A stretch of 64,000 bases of DNA from Candidatus Endomicrobiellum cubanum. Lineage in GTDB: Bacteria; Elusimicrobiota; Endomicrobiia; Endomicrobiales; Endomicrobiaceae. A model generated the notes under the pieces. That model had not been told where the DNA came from and made no database searches. It saw only the letters and a list, made by a program, of their open reading frames with translations. Of this stretch, positions 21,016 through 28,847 are shown in pieces (within the stretch, counting starts at the first letter, position 1; each line of letters starts with the position of its first letter). A program made the position numbers and the translations under genes. The DNA is taken from positions 16-64,015 of the forward strand of contig JAISYS010000008.1 in assembly GCA_031269735.1 (NCBI GenBank), written 5' to 3'.

Positions 21016-21139
21016 GCCCTCTTTAAAGCGTATAATTGCTATAAATCTTTTGACAAAACAAGGCAAAAAGCAAGGTTTATATCGTATGTTTTACCTTGCA
21101 GAAGCGCCAAAAATAGCACTGTAAGGTTTAGACAGGACC
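21016..21139 (+). repeat. Family-1 intergenic repeat, full-length copy (mrdA-rodA spacer)
   Basis: 124 bp: gccctctttaaagcgtataattgc...cttttgacaaaacaaggcaaaaagc...gcgccaaaaatagcactgtaaggtttagacaggacc. Confidence 0.7.
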
Positions 21140-21161
21140 AAATATAAATAGGAATAAGAAA

Positions 21162-22508
21162 ATGGTTCAAGAAAAAAATCTTTTAGAGCGTTTAATTTCT
21201 AGTATAGATGTATGGCTTGTTCTTGCTGTTTTTATGCTGATTTCTATAAGTTTTTTCGCTATATACTCTGCAAGTTTTGCTTATGGCTTATCATTTAGAT
21301 ACATTTTTGTGCAAGCTGTTGCTGTCGGCATCGGTCTAGTGTGTTTTTTGTTTCTCACAAGTTTTAATTATCAATATTATAAACATTTTAGTAAAGTTGT
21401 TTATATTTTATCTTTAATGCTTTTGGCAGCTGTTCTTGTGTTTGGTTCTTTTAAAAGAGGCACAAAAGGATGGTTTGATTTTGGTTTTATTTCTTTTCAA
21501 CCAGTAGAAATTACAAAAATAATGTTTGTTTTAGTGTTATCTGCATTTTTAGATATTAGGGTAAAAATGTCAAAAACACTTCCTTTTTTGATTAGTGTAT
21601 TTGCGATACTTATGGGACATTTAATTCTTATAATGATGCAACCAGATTTTTCTTCTACGCTTTCATATTTTCCTGTAACTCTAGTTTTACTTTTTGTTGT
21701 AGGAGCAAATCCTTTTTATCTTTTTTGCATAGTTGTTTTTGGAGGTTTAGTTGTAGGAATTCCTCTTTTAGACACATTTGTAAATTTACAACTTAAATTT
21801 ATACAAGATGGAACATTTTTTGCTAAGCTAGCCATATTTTTAAAGAATGATAAAAATGTTATATGTATAATTTTTTCAATTTTAGTTTTTATTATAGGGA
21901 TTTGGCGTTTTTTATGGAAGTTAAAAATTGAAATTCCTATTGTATATCCGGTTATCCTATGCTTAGCTATATCGTTAGGATCTTTAGCATCTATTCCTGT
22001 AGAAAAATCACTAAAAGATTATCAAAGAAAAAGATTAATAGTTTTTTTAAATCCAAATGTAGACCCTAAAGGAGCAGGGTATAATATAATACAATCTAAA
22101 ATAGCTATAGGTTCAGGAAAGATTTTAGGTAAAGGTTTTAAAAAAGGCACCCAAACTCAACTTGGCTTTCTGCCAGAGCAACACACAGATTTTATATTTT
22201 CTGTTATAGGTGAAGAAGGTGGCTGGTTAGTATCTCAAGCCACGATCATAATTTATTTTATCTTTATTTGGCGAGCTTTGGTGATAGCTAAAGAGTCTAG
22301 GGATAGATACGGGTCTTTGATTGCTATTGGAATTGCTACTATGTTTGCCTTTTATGTTGTTATAAACATAGGTATGGTTATGGGCATGATGCCTGTAACA
22401 GGAATGCCGTTACCCTTGCTATCTTATGGAGGGTCTTCAATACTTTCTTCTTTATGCGCAATAGGTGTTTTATGTTCTATAAATATGAGAAGGTATATGT
22501 ATTATTAA
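21162..22508 (+). CDS. rodA: SEDS-family peptidoglycan polymerase RodA (long, 448 aa)
   Basis: Polytopic FtsW/RodA/SpoVE pattern: GAGYNIIQSKIAIGSG...EQHTDFIFSVIGEE...PLPLLSYGGSS. Confidence 0.92.
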   Translation: MVQEKNLLERLISSIDVWLVLAVFMLISISFFAIYSASFAYGLSFRYIFVQAVAVGIGLVCFLFLTSFNYQYYKHFSKVVYILSLMLLAAVLVFGSFKRGTKGWFDFGFISFQPVEITKIMFVLVLSAFLDIRVKMSKTLPFLISVFAILMGHLILIMMQPDFSSTLSYFPVTLVLLFVVGANPFYLFCIVVFGGLVVGIPLLDTFVNLQLKFIQDGTFFAKLAIFLKNDKNVICIIFSILVFIIGIWRFLWKLKIEIPIVYPVILCLAISLGSLASIPVEKSLKDYQRKRLIVFLNPNVDPKGAGYNIIQSKIAIGSGKILGKGFKKGTQTQLGFLPEQHTDFIFSVIGEEGGWLVSQATIIIYFIFIWRALVIAKESRDRYGSLIAIGIATMFAFYVVINIGMVMGMMPVTGMPLPLLSYGGSSILSSLCAIGVLCSINMRRYMYY

Positions 22509-22568
22509 ACTAATTTTGCCTTTTCTAAAAATGAAGTTATTCTCTAGACAAATGCATATTAATTTACA

Positions 22569-22640
22569 TAGAACCTGACTTGACCAGTAAAAGCTGAAAA
22601 GAAAGGAATTATTCATAAAAAAGAAAGATAAGGGGAACCT
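22569..22640 (-). repeat. Family-2 inverted-repeat element, copy with one decayed end
   Basis: tagaacctgacttgaccagtaaaagc...ataaaaaagaaag...ggggaacc. Its reverse complement aligns with copies at 31263 and 39456; the far TIR is lost. Confidence 0.6.
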
Positions 22641-22755
22641 TAAAATTGATTTGTTTAAATTTGTATATAAATTTACAAATTAAAATATTTGCAAAAAAGA
22701 AAAAAAAGATATAAAATTTGCCCCATGAAGTTACAATATAATAAGGAGATATAAT

Positions 22756-22953
22756 ATGAGAAAGATTTCGTTTTTAGCAGCATTGTCGTTGTTTTTGAGT
22801 TTTGGTTTGGTATCTTGTTCAAGCAATAAAGGAGAACAAGCTCAGGAACCATCTCAAGAAGCAGTTGAAGAACAAGTTGTAGAAGTAGAGACAAGCACTT
22901 CTCAGGCAGCAGGGACAGCGACAGAAACATCAAATGTTCAATCTGCAGAATAA
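22756..22953 (+). CDS. Small acidic lipoprotein (hypothetical)
   Basis: 65 aa, signal peptide with lipobox LVSC, then E/Q/S/T-rich tail. AGGAG SD; strong terminator follows. Confidence 0.65.
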   Translation: MRKISFLAALSLFLSFGLVSCSSNKGEQAQEPSQEAVEEQVVEVETSTSQAAGTATETSNVQSAE

Positions 22954-22972
22954 AAATTTTAAACCATTGTTT

Positions 22973-23015
22973 AAAGAAGGCCACTTAAAAAATAAAAGCG
23001 GCCTTCTTTTTGTTT
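22973..23015 (+). terminator. Rho-independent terminator
   Basis: aaagaaggcc (22973-82) pairs with ggccttcttt (23000-09), followed by tttttgttt. Confidence 0.75.
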
Positions 23016-23042
23016 GACAAATATATATAGTTATTATAGAAT
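23014..23042 (+). promoter_or_regulatory. Candidate sigma70 promoter TTGACA-N17-TAGAAT for infC-rpmI-rplT
   Basis: ttgaca 23014-19, tagaat 23037-42; about 200-nt leader follows. Confidence 0.5.
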
Positions 23043-23148
23043 AATATACTAATTCAGGCATTATATAAAGAAGCCGTCCCGGCTCACCTTCACCAAGCTA
23101 ATGTTTCAAAAGGGAAAAGGTTGAATAATATTTAGTTTACATTTTACG

Positions 23149-23178
23149 GGGCGGATAATATCCTGCCCTGATTTTTTT
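23149..23178 (+). promoter_or_regulatory. Terminator-like hairpin plus U-tract inside the infC leader (candidate attenuator)
   Basis: gggcgg (23149-54) pairs with cctgcc (23163-68, one G-U), then tga + T7. Confidence 0.4.
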
Positions 23179-23245
23179 ATCAAAACTGTCTGTAGTTCGG
23201 GTTTTTAGAAAGTTCTAAATATACTACAAAAAGACAAGAGGGGGA

Positions 23246-23770
23246 ATCGTCGAAAACAAAAAATTTCGTATAAACCAATTTATTAGAGTCCCAGAAGTAA
23301 GACTCATTGACTCTGATGGAACCATGTTAGGAATAGTTAAAACAGTTGAGGCTTTGTCCAAGGCTCAATCTTTAGATCTAGATCTTGTTGAGATTTCTCC
23401 GCAGGCAAGTCCGCCTGTGTGCAAAATAGTTAATTTCTCTAAATTTAAGTATGATATGGAAAAGAAAGATAAAGAAGCAAAAAAGAGACAAAAAATTTCT
23501 CAAATAAAAGAAGTTAGAATAAGACCTCATATAGGGGAACATGACTTAGAAGTAAAGATTAAACATGCCAGAAGTTTTGTAGAGGATGGAAATAAGGTCC
23601 AAATTACAGCAATGTTTTCTGGTAGAGAAATGCAGCATAAAGATTTAGGTATTAAAGTGATGAATAAAATCAAAGAATCTTTGTCTGATATAGCAGAAGC
23701 AGAAGGTAGAACTTCTTCTATGGGTACAAGAATATTTTTGACACTGGGCCCAAAGAAGAAAGTAAAGTAA
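23246..23770 (+). CDS. infC: Translation initiation factor IF-3, non-AUG start
   Basis: The frame is open from 23219 and encodes ...ENKKFRINQFIRVPEVRLIDSDG upstream of the first ATG (23324). So the start must be an AUH codon. ATC 23246 after AGAGGGGG is my best guess; the exact start is uncertain. Confidence 0.85.
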   Translation: MVENKKFRINQFIRVPEVRLIDSDGTMLGIVKTVEALSKAQSLDLDLVEISPQASPPVCKIVNFSKFKYDMEKKDKEAKKRQKISQIKEVRIRPHIGEHDLEVKIKHARSFVEDGNKVQITAMFSGREMQHKDLGIKVMNKIKESLSDIAEAEGRTSSMGTRIFLTLGPKKKVK

Positions 23771-23786
23771 AGTAAAGTAAAGTAAA
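23762..23786 (+). repeat. Pentanucleotide microsatellite (GTAAA)x5 spanning the infC stop codon
   Basis: Direct reading: gtaaagtaaagtaaagtaaagtaaa. Confidence 0.95.
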
Positions 23787-23851
23787 GACTAAAATAATAT
23801 TATTAATTTTTAACAGTTATGGAATAGCTGTTTAAAGCAATGGAGAAAGTA

Positions 23852-24052
23852 ATGCCTAAAATGAAGACGCATAGCGGCGCAAAAAAACGTTTTAAAATTA
23901 TAGGTAAAGGTAAAGCCAAGTATAAAAAACCTGGCCAGAGACATCTTTTAACAGGCGACTCTGGAAACCAAAACAGAAAATCAAGAAAAGCTGTGCTCGT
24001 ATCAGAATCAGATATGAAGATTATAAAAAAGGTTATGCCTTATAATTTTTGA
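23852..24052 (+). CDS. rpmI: 50S ribosomal protein bL35
   Basis: ATG 23852 after GGAG; MPKMKTHSGAKKRFK... Confidence 0.95.
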   Translation: MPKMKTHSGAKKRFKIIGKGKAKYKKPGQRHLLTGDSGNQNRKSRKAVLVSESDMKIIKKVMPYNF

Positions 24053-24084
24053 TAGTATTCCTACACAATCCAAGGAGATTTTAA

Positions 24085-24432
24085 ATGCGTACTAAAAGTG
24101 CTGTATATACAAGACAAAAAAAGAAAAAAATATTTAGATTAGCAAAAGGTTCTTATGCTACAAAGAAAAACCGTTGGAGAATGGTTATTCAACAAGTAGA
24201 AAGATCTCTTGCATATGCTTATGTAGGAAGAAAAGACAATAAAGCTAATTTCAGAACGCTTTGGATAGTTCGTTTAAATGCTGCAGTAAGACAAGAAGGC
24301 ATGTCTTATAATAGGTTTATGTCAGGTCTTAAAAAGGCTAATGTAGCTTTAGATAGAAAAGTACTTGCAGAAATAGCAGTAAATGACAGTCCTACATTTA
24401 AAAAACTAGTAGAAATTGCAAAGTCAGCATAG
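24085..24432 (+). CDS. rplT: 50S ribosomal protein bL20
   Basis: 115 aa, MRTKSAVYTRQKKKKIFRLAKG... Confidence 0.96.
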   Translation: MRTKSAVYTRQKKKKIFRLAKGSYATKKNRWRMVIQQVERSLAYAYVGRKDNKANFRTLWIVRLNAAVRQEGMSYNRFMSGLKKANVALDRKVLAEIAVNDSPTFKKLVEIAKSA

Positions 24433-24440
24433 TATAAATA

Positions 24441-25748
24441 ATGAAGTATTCTCCAGCAAAAACATTGATACTGTTTTTTATTGGACTTATAGCAGTAGGC
24501 ATGGTTCTTTTGTCTTTACCTGCTACCTCTAATTCTGTGATGGAACACTCTTTTTTTAATAATTTATTTACTTGTGTTTCTGCTGTTTGTGTTACAGGTC
24601 TTTCAATTGTAAATATTGGAGAATATTACTCTAAATTCGGGCAGATAATTATATTGCTTTTAGTACAAATTAGTGGAATTGGCTATATGTTTGTCTCCAC
24701 TGTTTTAACTTTGTTGTTAGGCAAGATTGCATTGAAAGATAGACGGATAATGCAAGAAATGTTTGAAGTTTCTTCTTTTAACGGCCTAAAGAAGCTTTTA
24801 TTAAAGGCTGTGCTTTTTGTTTTGGGGATAGAATTTATAGGAGCTGTATCTTTAACAGTAGTTTTTTTAAGAGATTTCTCTTTTTTAAAGTCACTATACC
24901 TAGGAATATTTTATTCAGTAATGGCTTTTTGTAATGCAGGATTTAGTGTTTTTAGCAATAGTATGACATCTTTTTCGCAAAACCCTATAGTACTCTATAT
25001 TATTTCTATTCTTATACTACTTGGGGGGCTAGGCTTTTTTGTTATAGTAGATATTTATGATTATTATAAAGAAAAGAGATTGCATTTATCTATACATACA
25101 AAAGTTGTACTTTTTATGTCTTTAATTATTACTGTTTGTGCTTTTATTGTATTTTTGTTTTCAAAGGCAGCAGGCGGACACGGAATTTTTTATTTAATCA
25201 ACAATTCTTTTTTTGAAGCAATCAGTTCTAGAACGGCTGGATTTTGCAGCGTGCCAGTAAACTTATTTAACGAGTTTACAGAGTCTGTTATGATACTGCT
25301 CATGTCTATAGGTGCAGCTCCTGGCAGTACCGCCGGTGGTGTAAAGGTTACTACACTTGCTCTCGTATTTATATTTGTAAAAAGTGTTCTTGTTGGTGAT
25401 GAAGACTATGTTTTATTTAAAAGGAGTATTCCTTTTGACTTAATAAAAAAGGCATTGGTAATTTTTATTATATTTTTTGCTTTAATATTTTTGTTTTCTG
25501 CAGTTGTTATTTTACATGAAGATAATTTAAGACCAATTGCTGTTGTTTTTGAGGTAGTTTCAGCGTTAGCAACAGTCGGTATGTCTTTGGGTATTACAGA
25601 AGAGTTGTCGTTAGCAAGTAAAATTTATATTATTATTGCTATGCTTGTAGGCAGGATAGGCATACTTACGTTATTTATACTCATGTTAGAACCTGGTTGT
25701 AAAAAGAAAAATGTAAAGTATCCAGAGGGAAGGATTTTAGTTGGATAA
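24441..25748 (+). CDS. ktrB: TrkH/KtrB-family potassium uptake membrane subunit
   Basis: 435-aa polytopic protein with repeated M-P-M pore segments (e.g. PGSTAGGVKVTT); followed by ktrA. Confidence 0.88.
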   Translation: MKYSPAKTLILFFIGLIAVGMVLLSLPATSNSVMEHSFFNNLFTCVSAVCVTGLSIVNIGEYYSKFGQIIILLLVQISGIGYMFVSTVLTLLLGKIALKDRRIMQEMFEVSSFNGLKKLLLKAVLFVLGIEFIGAVSLTVVFLRDFSFLKSLYLGIFYSVMAFCNAGFSVFSNSMTSFSQNPIVLYIISILILLGGLGFFVIVDIYDYYKEKRLHLSIHTKVVLFMSLIITVCAFIVFLFSKAAGGHGIFYLINNSFFEAISSRTAGFCSVPVNLFNEFTESVMILLMSIGAAPGSTAGGVKVTTLALVFIFVKSVLVGDEDYVLFKRSIPFDLIKKALVIFIIFFALIFLFSAVVILHEDNLRPIAVVFEVVSALATVGMSLGITEELSLASKIYIIIAMLVGRIGILTLFILMLEPGCKKKNVKYPEGRILVG

Positions 25749-25758
25749 AGAGGTCCTG

Positions 25759-26464
25759 ATGAAAAGTAAGCAATTTGCCGTTATTGGGCTAGGTACTTTT
25801 GGATATAATGTTGCAATAGATCTTGCAAACAAGGGTATTCAAGTTTTAGCTATTGATATTAATTAATACAGAGATAGTTAACAGAATAAGTCAATTGGTC
25901 ACACAAGCTTTAGTTGTAGATGCAACAGATGAAAAGGCCATGTTAGAAGCAGGTGTTGCAGATTGTGACAGTGTAGTAATATCTATAGGGGAAAGTATAG
26001 AAACAAGCATTTTAGCGACATTAATAGTTAAAGAACTTGGGATTAAGAATGTTATTGTTAAGTCTGCAAGTAACTGGCATTCAAAGGTTGCTGTAAAACT
26101 TGGAGCAAGTACTGTTGTCTATCCAGAACTTGAAATGGCAAAAAAACTTGTAGAAAGCATAGTAACGCCAAATATTTTAGAACAAATAAAGCTTTCTAAA
26201 GATTATAATTTGGCTGAGTTGGTAGCTCCAAAATCTGTGTGTGGCAAAACTATAAAAGATTCAAATATAAGAACCAATTACGGTATAAATATTATTGCTA
26301 TACGAAAGAGAGTGCCCATAATTAACGATGATGGTCAAAGTGATATAAAAGAGGAAGTTAATATGGTACCTGGGCCCTCTGACGAAATCAATCAAAACGA
26401 TGTTTTATTTGTTGTTGGATCAGAAAAATCTTTAGCAAAAATAAAAAAGGAGGGGTCTCTCTAA
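25759..26464 (+). pseudogene. ktrA: KtrA/TrkA RCK-domain subunit, disrupted by a +1 frameshift at about 25860-25866
   Basis: ATG 25759 gives MKSKQFAVIGLGTFGYNVAIDLANKGIQVLAIDIN-stop (taa 25864-66). The rest (TEIVNRISQLVTQALVVDATDE...) continues in the next frame from about 25853. The GxGxxG NAD fold is on the 35-aa fragment only. Confidence 0.8.
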
Positions 26465-26503
26465 AAACTATAAGGATGTGTGCTAGCTTTTTTACAGAGA
26501 CCC
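26453..26503. repeat. Family-1 short hairpin form (TIR-loop-TIR)
   Basis: gggtctctctaaaaa (26453-67) versus tttttacagagaccc (26489-503): 15-bp inverted repeat with 1 mismatch. The ktrA stop codon lies inside the left arm. Confidence 0.8.
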
Positions 26504-26512
26504 GTATAATGG

Positions 26513-26806
26513 ATGAACACAGAAAATTTAAAGACAAATCTTCCTTTGGAAGCAACTTATATGGAACTTGGTAAATTTTATTTTTTAAACAATAAGTATG
26601 ATGAAGCAGTTTCGGAATTTAAAAAGGTTTTAGAAATAAATCCTGCAAATGCAGAAGCCTATTATAATATAGGACTTATTAAAGAAAGTTCTAATTTAAT
26701 AGATGATGCAAAAGAGATGTACTCAAAAGCTTTATCAATTAATTCTGAGTACAAGATAGTAAAAGATAGGCTCGATAAACTTATTGGCATAGAAAATAAG
26801 AGTTAA
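26513..26806 (+). CDS. Small TPR-repeat protein
   Basis: 97 aa, two TPR-like units (YMELGKFYFLNNKYDEAVSEFKKVLEINPANAEAYYNIGLI...). Confidence 0.75.
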   Translation: MNTENLKTNLPLEATYMELGKFYFLNNKYDEAVSEFKKVLEINPANAEAYYNIGLIKESSNLIDDAKEMYSKALSINSEYKIVKDRLDKLIGIENKS

Positions 26807-26807
26807 A

Positions 26808-26945
26808 GACTCTCTCTAAAACCCTTACTGTGCCTTTTTCGCCACTATTGCGTTAAAAACTTGTGCTTATGCACGATAGTTCTGCATTTTTGCCATGCAT
26901 TACCAAAAATTCACAAGAATTATACGCAAGTTTTTAGAGAAATCC
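26808..26945 (-). repeat. Family-1 intergenic repeat, full-length copy, opposite orientation
   Basis: 138 bp, gactctctctaaaa...tttttagagaaatcc termini. Its reverse complement aligns along its length with copies at 13079, 21016 and 45948. Confidence 0.75.
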
Positions 26946-26963
26946 TTAAAATGAGGTTTGTAG

Positions 26964-27983
26964 ATGAACAATATTGAATCAATTATTAAAGAAGCTATTT
27001 TACAAATAAAAGAAGCGGATTTAAAAGCTATTGAAAGTATAAAAGTTAAATATTCAGGCAAAAGTGGAGTTTTAACTCAAATTTTAAAATCTTTATCTAA
27101 TTGTTCTGTTGATGATAAAAAAAGAATAGGACAAGAAGCTAATAAAGCAAAAAATATTATAGAAACTGAAATAGAACTAAGAAAAGAAGCATTAAAAAAA
27201 GAAATATTAGAAGAAAAAATGCAAAAAGAAAAGCTCGATTATTCAAACAAATTTTATTTCCCTTTTACTAAAGGCAGCTTTCATCCTATAATACAAACGA
27301 TACAAGATATTAGTTCTGTTTTTAAATCGCTTGGTTTTTCTATAGCGCAAGGGCCTGAAATAGAAACAAATTGGTACAACTTTGAAGCTTTAAACATCCC
27401 TCAGAATCATCCTGCAAGAGATGTCCAAGATACTTTCTATCTTGTCGGCATGAAAGAACTTCTTAGGACGCATACTTCTCCAGGCCAAATTCATGTTATG
27501 GAAACCCAAAAACCACCTATAAGAGTAATTGTTCCAGGTAAAGTTTATAGGAATGAAGCTTCAGATGCAACACATTCGGCAACTTTTCACCAAGTTGAAG
27601 GTCTATCTGTAGACGAAAATATAACTTTTGTTGACTTAAAAGCAGTTTTGTCAGACTTTACACACGAATTTTTTGGCACAGATGTAGACATACGTTTTAG
27701 GCCGTCGTATTTTCAATTTACAGAACCGTCAGCTGAAGTTGACATGCAATGTATTTTTTGTAAAGGTAAAGGTTGCAGGATATGTAAAAATTCTGGTTGG
27801 ATAGAGCTGTTAGGTTGTGGGATGGTACATCCGAATGTTTTAAAAGCCGTTAATTATGATAGTGAAAAATATACAGGGTACGCTTTTGGAATTGGTGTTG
27901 AAAGAATAGCTATGTTTAAGTATGGTATAGATGACATACGTTTATTTTATGAAAATGATTTAAGATTTTTAAAGCAATTTTAA
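26964..27983 (+). CDS. pheS: Phenylalanine-tRNA ligase alpha subunit
   Basis: 339 aa, class II motifs (...HPARDVQDTFY..., FRPSYFQFTEPS, GFAFGIGVERIAM). Confidence 0.96.
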   Translation: MNNIESIIKEAILQIKEADLKAIESIKVKYSGKSGVLTQILKSLSNCSVDDKKRIGQEANKAKNIIETEIELRKEALKKEILEEKMQKEKLDYSNKFYFPFTKGSFHPIIQTIQDISSVFKSLGFSIAQGPEIETNWYNFEALNIPQNHPARDVQDTFYLVGMKELLRTHTSPGQIHVMETQKPPIRVIVPGKVYRNEASDATHSATFHQVEGLSVDENITFVDLKAVLSDFTHEFFGTDVDIRFRPSYFQFTEPSAEVDMQCIFCKGKGCRICKNSGWIELLGCGMVHPNVLKAVNYDSEKYTGYAFGIGVERIAMFKYGIDDIRLFYENDLRFLKQF

Positions 27984-28005
27984 TATATATTTTTTGGAGT
28001 TTTAT

Positions 28006-28835
28006 ATGCTAGATTTAAATAATAAAGTTGCTCTTATAACGGGAGTGAATAATCCTCAAGGAATAGGAGCCAGCACTGCAATTAGTTTAGCAAAAGCAGG
28101 TGCAAAAGTTGTTTGTGTTTATAAAGAAGTTGAAATTCCATTTTAATGAAAATGAAACTAGAGAGAATGGTTTTAATAAATATCATAAGGCTTTATCATG
28201 TGATGCAGCTGAAGTTGAAAAGCAAATAAAGCAAATAAAGCAAATAAAGCAAATAAAGAAAATTACTAATAATTACTTGATTATTGAAAGAGACAGTGTA
28301 GAAAAAGATAATATAACTGATATATTTAACATTATAGAGTAACGTTTTGGCAATGTTGAAATTCTTGTAAACAATGCAGCCATGTGTAGTGAAAAATGAC
28401 ACAATATTATCCATTAATGACAAGACGATAGATGAAATATTTAATGTTAACGTAAAAGCAGTCTTTCTTATGACGCAAGAGTTTGTAAAAAGAAGTAATG
28501 GTTACGGAAGAGTTATAAATTTAAGTACAGATTCAGCGCAAATTTTTGCTGGCCAAATTGCTTATGGAGCAAGTAAATCTGCTGTAGAAGCACTTAGTAG
28601 AAGCATTGAAATGGAGGTTGGCAAATTAGGTATAACAGTTAATACAGTTGCGCAAGGGCCAACTCAAACAGGCTGGATAGATAAAGATCTTGAAAAGTCC
28701 GTTTTGCCTTTAATTCCAACAGGTAAACTTATACAACCACAAGACATAGCAGACGTCATTTTGTTTTTAGCGTCACAGCAAGCCGCGCAAGTTACAGGTC
28801 AAGTTATAAAAGTTTCTGGTGGTCATGCTCTTTAA
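28006..28835 (+). pseudogene. Short-chain dehydrogenase/reductase (SDR) gene, broken into three frames plus an in-frame stop
   Basis: The gene is spread over three frames. Frame A: MLDLNNKVALITGVNNPQGIGASTAISLAKAGAKVV...stop at 28144-46. Frame B: NENETREN...QIKQIKQIKQIK...FNIIE-stop(28340-42)-RFGNVEILVNNAAMC. Frame C: ...IDEIFNVNVKAVF...YGASKSAVE...VSGGHAL. Confidence 0.85.
28222..28257 (+). repeat. 9-bp tandem repeat (GCAAATAAA)x4 inside the SDR pseudogene
   Basis: Direct reading; encodes (QIK)4 in the local frame. Confidence 0.95.
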
Positions 28836-28847
28836 AAAGGATAAAAA

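Noticed and set aside
22673-22984. 103-aa minus-strand ORF overlapping the small lipoprotein gene
   Set aside because: The + strand ORF has an SD, a lipobox signal peptide and a terminator. The antisense frame has none of these.
25853-26464. TTG 25853 as a genuine start of a shorter KtrA, or programmed frameshifting in ktrA and in the kinase at 62731
   Set aside because: The truncated product would lack the GxGxxG NAD-binding fold. Neither site has a recognisable slippery heptamer plus downstream structure. Simple lesion or sequencing error is more parsimonious.
28222-28257. CRISPR-like arrays (tandem 9-mers; dispersed Family-1/Family-2 repeats)
   Set aside because: The 9-mers are contiguous without spacers. 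The dispersed repeats are kilobases apart, have inverted termini and no regular repeat-spacer periodicity. There are no cas genes.
28100-28342. 80-aa ORF with a QIKQIKQIKQIK repeat as a stand-alone gene
   Set aside because: Its flanks continue SDR-family sequence in neighbouring frames (TGxxxxxGIG upstream, NNAA/YGASK downstream). It is the middle fragment of a pseudogene.
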